This document shows positions 60,071 through 64,000 of a stretch of 64,000 bases of DNA, piece after piece. The notes below the pieces were generated by a model. The model had not been told where the DNA came from and searched no databases. It saw nothing but the letters and a program-made list of their open reading frames with translations. The first letter of the stretch is position 1. Each line of letters starts with the position of its first letter. Location: contig OZ242005.1 in the NCBI GenBank assembly GCA_965204725.1, positions 3,872,001-3,936,000 of the forward strand, read 5' to 3'. The translations under genes and the position numbers were made by a program. The stretch comes from Candidatus Latescibacterota bacterium. GTDB lineage: Bacteria; Latescibacterota; UBA2968; UBA8231.

Positions 60071-62094
60071 TCCAACGCGCCGACATCATCGGCTGCGGGG
60101 TGGGCGAGCGAGAGGCCGCCACGCTCCTCGCCCAAGTTGAGGCCCTCTCCGGTGCGCCGGAAGCGCGCTGGCGGGAGGCAGCCCGCTGCATTCTGCGACC
60201 GGATCATCCCTTCGCCCTGCACCAGTTGCTCTATCGGGCCATCTACGGCCGTGCGGGTGGCCCGGTGTTCTTTCCCGAGTTAGCAGACATTGAGCACGCG
60301 CATATAACGGCGCTGCGGCGCGCGCTCGGTCTGGATTCACACGCCGCGCTCTTTGCGTGGTCGGTTGCCGAGCGGGAGGCGTTTTGGGAACGGACGGTCT
60401 CTCGCTTGGGCATCCGCTTCCGCAAGCCGTACACGCGGCTTGTCGATCTCTCCCAAGGCGTTGAAACGCCCCAGTGGTTTGTCGGGGCCGAGATGAACAT
60501 CGTCGAGAGCTGCTTTCAGGCACCGGCCGATCAGACGGCCATCGTCTTTCAGCGCGAGGGCGGTCGGCTCGAGCGAATGAGCTTCAGTGCCTTAGAAGCC
60601 TTGTGCGACCGGGTCGCCGGTGGATTGCGGGCGTTGGGATTTGGCCCCGGCGATCGGATTGCCATCGCCATGCCGATGACAGCCGAATCTGTGGCGATCT
60701 ATCTGGGGATCATCAAGGCGGGTTGCGCGGTGGTCGCCATTGCCGACAGCTTTGCCGCCCCCCAGATCGCCGCTCGGCTGCGGATTGGAGAAGCCCAAGC
60801 CGTTTTTACGCAAGACGTGATTTTGCGCGGGGGGCGTGCGTTGCCCCTGTACCCGCGCTTGATCGCGGCCCACGCTCCGTTGGCGATTGTGTTGCCGGGG
60901 CGCGTGGAGGGGTTGACGAAGGCGTTGCGCTCGGGGGATCTGCGCTGGGACGAGTTCTTGCCGGCCGACGCCGAGTTCGCGGCTGTGGCCGGCGATCCCG
61001 ACGCGACGACCAATGTCCTGTTTTCATCGGGAACGACCGGCGACCCCAAGGCCCTGCCTTGGACCCATGTCAATCCGATCAAGTGCGGTGCAGACGCGCA
61101 TTACCACCAAGATGTCCATCCGGGCGATGTGGTCGCTTGGCCGACCAATTTGGGCTGGATGATGGGGCCGTGGCTGATCTACGCCGCCTTTTTGAACCGC
61201 GCGACGATGGCACTCTACTATGGGACGCCAACCGAGCGGGGGTTTGGGGAGTTTGTGCAGGCGGCTCGCATTACTATGCTCGGCGTCATTCCGAGCATGG
61301 TGCGGACTTGGCGCAGCACGGGCTGCATGGAGGGCGTCGATTTTTCGGCGATCCGCGCTTTTAGTGCCACCGGGGAGTGCTCCAACGCCGAGGACATGCA
61401 CTATCTGATGGCACTGGCGGGGTATCGGCCCATACTCGAATACTGCGGCGGCACCGAGCTAGCGGGCGGCTACTTGCTCAGTACGCTCGTCGAGCCGGTC
61501 GCCCCCGCGACCTTTAATTCGGCGACGCTGGGGACGGACTTGGCAATTTTGGACGAGGACGGGCAGGAGTGCGAAAGCGGCGAGGGCTTTCTGGTCCCGC
61601 CCGCCATTGGCATGTCCACTCGGGTGCTCAACCGCGACCACCGCGAAGTGTACTATGCGGGCGTACCCAAGCGGGGTGGGGTGCCGCTGCGCCGCCACGG
61701 CGACCAAGTCGAGCGGCTGGCTCCGGGCATGTACCGGGTCCATGGCCGCGCCGACGACGCCATGAACTTAGGCGGAATTAAGGTGAGTTCAGCCGAGATC
61801 GAGCGCGTCTTGAATGCGATGCCGGGTGTGGTCGAGACCGCCGCGATTGCAGTGCCGCCGCCGGGGGGCGGGCCGAGCGGGTTGGTGATCTTCGCAGTGC
61901 TGGAGGATTCCGGCGGCGGCTGGCAAGACGCGATGCAGCAAGCGATCCGCCGGGAACTCAATCCGCTCTTCAAAATTCACGAGGTCGTACTAGTAGAATC
62001 GCTGCCGCGGACCGCGTCGAACAAGGTGATGCGCCGGGTCTTGCGGGAGCGGTATGGAGGAAAACCGCGCAACCATCAACGCACAGGCTCTTAG
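60067..62094 (+). CDS. AMP-dependent acyl-CoA synthetase (acetate--CoA ligase-like)
   Basis: [34 protein letters not shown]; GTG start overlaps upstream stop. Confidence 0.92.
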   Translation: MIQRADIIGCGVGEREAATLLAQVEALSGAPEARWREAARCILRPDHPFALHQLLYRAIYGRAGGPVFFPELADIEHAHITALRRALGLDSHAALFAWSVAEREAFWERTVSRLGIRFRKPYTRLVDLSQGVETPQWFVGAEMNIVESCFQAPADQTAIVFQREGGRLERMSFSALEALCDRVAGGLRALGFGPGDRIAIAMPMTAESVAIYLGIIKAGCAVVAIADSFAAPQIAARLRIGEAQAVFTQDVILRGGRALPLYPRLIAAHAPLAIVLPGRVEGLTKALRSGDLRWDEFLPADAEFAAVAGDPDATTNVLFSSGTTGDPKALPWTHVNPIKCGADAHYHQDVHPGDVVAWPTNLGWMMGPWLIYAAFLNRATMALYYGTPTERGFGEFVQAARITMLGVIPSMVRTWRSTGCMEGVDFSAIRAFSATGECSNAEDMHYLMALAGYRPILEYCGGTELAGGYLLSTLVEPVAPATFNSATLGTDLAILDEDGQECESGEGFLVPPAIGMSTRVLNRDHREVYYAGVPKRGGVPLRRHGDQVERLAPGMYRVHGRADDAMNLGGIKVSSAEIERVLNAMPGVVETAAIAVPPPGGGPSGLVIFAVLEDSGGGWQDAMQQAIRRELNPLFKIHEVVLVESLPRTASNKVMRRVLRERYGGKPRNHQRTGS

Positions 62095-62144
62095 AAGCGG
62101 TCCGAAAACTCTGGTGGTCGTCCTTTGCGTCTAAACGATCCCGG

Positions 62145-62198
62145 CTGGATTCCCGCCCCGTGTCGGGGCACGGGGTGGCGTTCTTGCGCGGGAATGAC
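62145..62198. repeat. ATTCCCGC...GCGGGAATGAC palindromic (dRS3/REP-like) element
   Basis: CTGGATTCCCGC and GCGGGAATGAC arms with internal CCCGTG/CACGGG hairpin; related half-site TCCCGCTAAAGCGGGAATCCA at 25584-25604. Confidence 0.7.
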
Positions 62199-62348
62199 GC
62201 TCTAGCGTCGTCATGCAAGACTAGGCCAAAAGCAACATGAGTTTTGGAATACTTCTGAGAGGGATCGACAACTCGCAACCACATAGGACGACGTACTATG
62301 CCATTATCAAGGCGACTCGACTCGTGCTCGCTTGAACGCATTACCAAG

Positions 62349-63668
62349 ATGAAAGATGTGGTAATGCAGGAGGTTGATAGGATTGACCGTCAGCGAGCCG
62401 AGCAAGAAAAAGAACTCGGCGAAATGATCGAAAAGGTAGAAACGGTCAGTCTGAGCAAACGGCACGGCCAATACGAACTGAATCTGGATAAAGCGGAAGC
62501 GCAGATCGCAAGGTTGAACGCCGAAAAAGAAAAATTGTTGGAAAAGGTCCAAGTCATTGAGGAAGCGCGGCAAAAGAAGCACCTGATGAACGAACAGGCA
62601 CGGGTGCTTGGCAGCAGGAAGAGGGTCGTGGTCAAAGACATGCTCATCTTTTTGCTCATTCTCTTTATTATCGCCATTCTGGTCGTTGACTTGCTCGGCA
62701 TCGGGGCCACTGGCGGCGGGGCCGTTGCCAAAGCCGAAATTGAGAACGGTCAGATCCGCAGAGTCATCATGCTAAACGAAGGGGCTGGATACGAACGGGT
62801 GAATATCGAAATCGCGGACAAAGTAGGGCAGGGTGCCCTTGTCACCGGGCAGGTCGTTGAGGGTAAGCTAACCCAAGTGGATGTCATTGAGGCCGGCGAA
62901 CACTACGTCAATCCCACGGTGGAGATCGCGCCCCACTTTGCGGTCGGCAAGCTGTGGCTGTTTTGGATCCTCGACGTGATTTGCTGCACCATTTTTATGA
63001 TCAACTTCTTTTTTGAGCACACCCTCGCCGCTTCCAAAAAGTGGTACTGGAAGCGCAACTGGATCGATTTCATAACGTCCATTCCGCTGCCGCCGGTGCA
63101 AGTCATTGCCGCTTCCGGCCAATTGGAGTTTGTCCGCTTGGGACGCCTGCTCAGGGCCATGCGGATTTTGCGGGCGTTGAGAGTGTTCCGAGTGGCGATG
63201 TTTTTCTGGCGGGGTATGGATCACTTGAGTTCCACGTTAGACGTGCGGCTCCTCAAGCGGTCTCTGCTATACGGCTTGTTATCGCTCGTGTTTGGAGCCT
63301 GCATTTTCATGGGCTTGGAGCGCATGGAATCCGGTTCGGGGTTCTGGGCGAGTCTTTGGTGGAGCTTTACGACGCTGGTCACCGGCGGGTACGCCGACAT
63401 CCACAACCCCCAGACGGCTTCGGGCAAAATCCTCACCGTGTTTCTGGTGATTACGGGTATGGTTTTGGTGGGGGTTTTTACGGCTACGCTGACGAGCATC
63501 CTCGTAAGCGATGAGGATTCCTTGAAGGTCGAGGAGCTTGAGGAGCAGGTCGGGATTGTAACAAAAATTCAAGAAGACGTAAAAGACATCAACGAGCGTC
63601 TAGGCCAGCTAGAACAGGCCATCCGCGAAGTTGGGGACGCGCTCAACAGAAGCAACCGATCCAGTTAG
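62349..63668 (+). CDS. Six-TM voltage-gated ion channel (K+-channel-like) with inserted extracytoplasmic domain
   Basis: NWIDF.TSIP (S3), RLGRLLRAMRILRALRVFR (S4), WWSFTTLVTGGYAD pore, coiled coils at both ends. Confidence 0.88.
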   Translation: MKDVVMQEVDRIDRQRAEQEKELGEMIEKVETVSLSKRHGQYELNLDKAEAQIARLNAEKEKLLEKVQVIEEARQKKHLMNEQARVLGSRKRVVVKDMLIFLLILFIIAILVVDLLGIGATGGGAVAKAEIENGQIRRVIMLNEGAGYERVNIEIADKVGQGALVTGQVVEGKLTQVDVIEAGEHYVNPTVEIAPHFAVGKLWLFWILDVICCTIFMINFFFEHTLAASKKWYWKRNWIDFITSIPLPPVQVIAASGQLEFVRLGRLLRAMRILRALRVFRVAMFFWRGMDHLSSTLDVRLLKRSLLYGLLSLVFGACIFMGLERMESGSGFWASLWWSFTTLVTGGYADIHNPQTASGKILTVFLVITGMVLVGVFTATLTSILVSDEDSLKVEELEEQVGIVTKIQEDVKDINERLGQLEQAIREVGDALNRSNRSS

Positions 63669-63758
63669 TCGTCAACGGCCTCTGACAACCTCTCGGCAGC
63701 CCATTGATTGATGCTCTGGCCGCTGACTTTTGTCGCGGTGGCTACCGCAGCGTGTACT

Positions 63759-64000
63759 TCAGACGAACTTTTCTCTCGCTTCCAAGACTTTTGCGACTAC
63801 GACTTCGACATCGCCGGCATCTACAAACGGCGACACGATAAAGGACTTTAGCGCGACAATGGGTTCCTGATATTGGGTGTGGCGGTAGCAGTCGGTTGAG
63901 GAAATGACGACTCCGCGCCCGGCCATGGCCTCGGCGTGGACGTACTCGAAAATTTTTCGGTTGTAGTCGTTGTGGGCCAGCAGCGTTTCTCGATAGGCTG
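63759..64000 (-). CDS. C-terminus of a protein running off the window, possibly a group II PLP-dependent decarboxylase
   Basis: Open frame ...HNDYNRKIF...TDCYR...PIVALKSFIVSPF...VLEAREKFV*; family call from recollection only. Confidence 0.5.
   Translation of the reverse strand, partial: AYRETLLAHNDYNRKIFEYVHAEAMAGRGVVISSTDCYRHTQYQEPIVALKSFIVSPFVDAGDVEVVVAKVLEAREKFV

Noticed and set aside
63759-64000. Frameshift near the 3' end of the terminal partial gene
   Set aside because: Re-reading gives an uninterrupted frame ALKSFIVSPF to the stop at 63759

Overview
A GC-rich (roughly 60-65% by eye) bacterial chromosomal segment. It is probably from an FCB-group lineage such as Latescibacterota, inferred from a PNPF/FlgD-Ig C-terminal domain, 'SWGQVK' C-terminal tails, a DGGGP-synthase-like UbiA and a sulfatase with anSME. 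Housekeeping and metabolic genes include hisS, clpP, mutM, moeA, hemA/ccsA, a sirC-like gene, ltaE, ggt-potABC and a two-permease RND system. A mosaic accessory/defence island spans about 20.9-38 kb. It opens with an HTH-WYL regulator followed by a promoter matching both the DriD palindrome and the PafBC TGTCGN-N10-TA-N3-T layout. Downstream are a lipoprotein, an internally deleted AAA ATPase whose 3' tail recurs as stubs, a full-length DnaB paralogue with substituted catalytic motifs, an orphan HigA, an ADP-ribosylglycohydrolase, a PD-(D/E)XK nuclease, RelE/Phd, AbiEi/AbiEii flanked by direct repeats, and two AAA_14-DUF4143 ATPases that share a TTTGAA-N7-TTCAAA palindrome. Elsewhere: two haem-c/copper-monooxygenase-like lipoproteins next to hemA/ccsA, tandem TolB-like paralogues with variable centres, a triple-DUF5069 protein, and a voltage-gated channel with an inserted beta-repeat domain. 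No rRNA, tRNA, CRISPR array or intact transposase/integrase was recognised. All family calls come from motif recognition by eye, not database searches.
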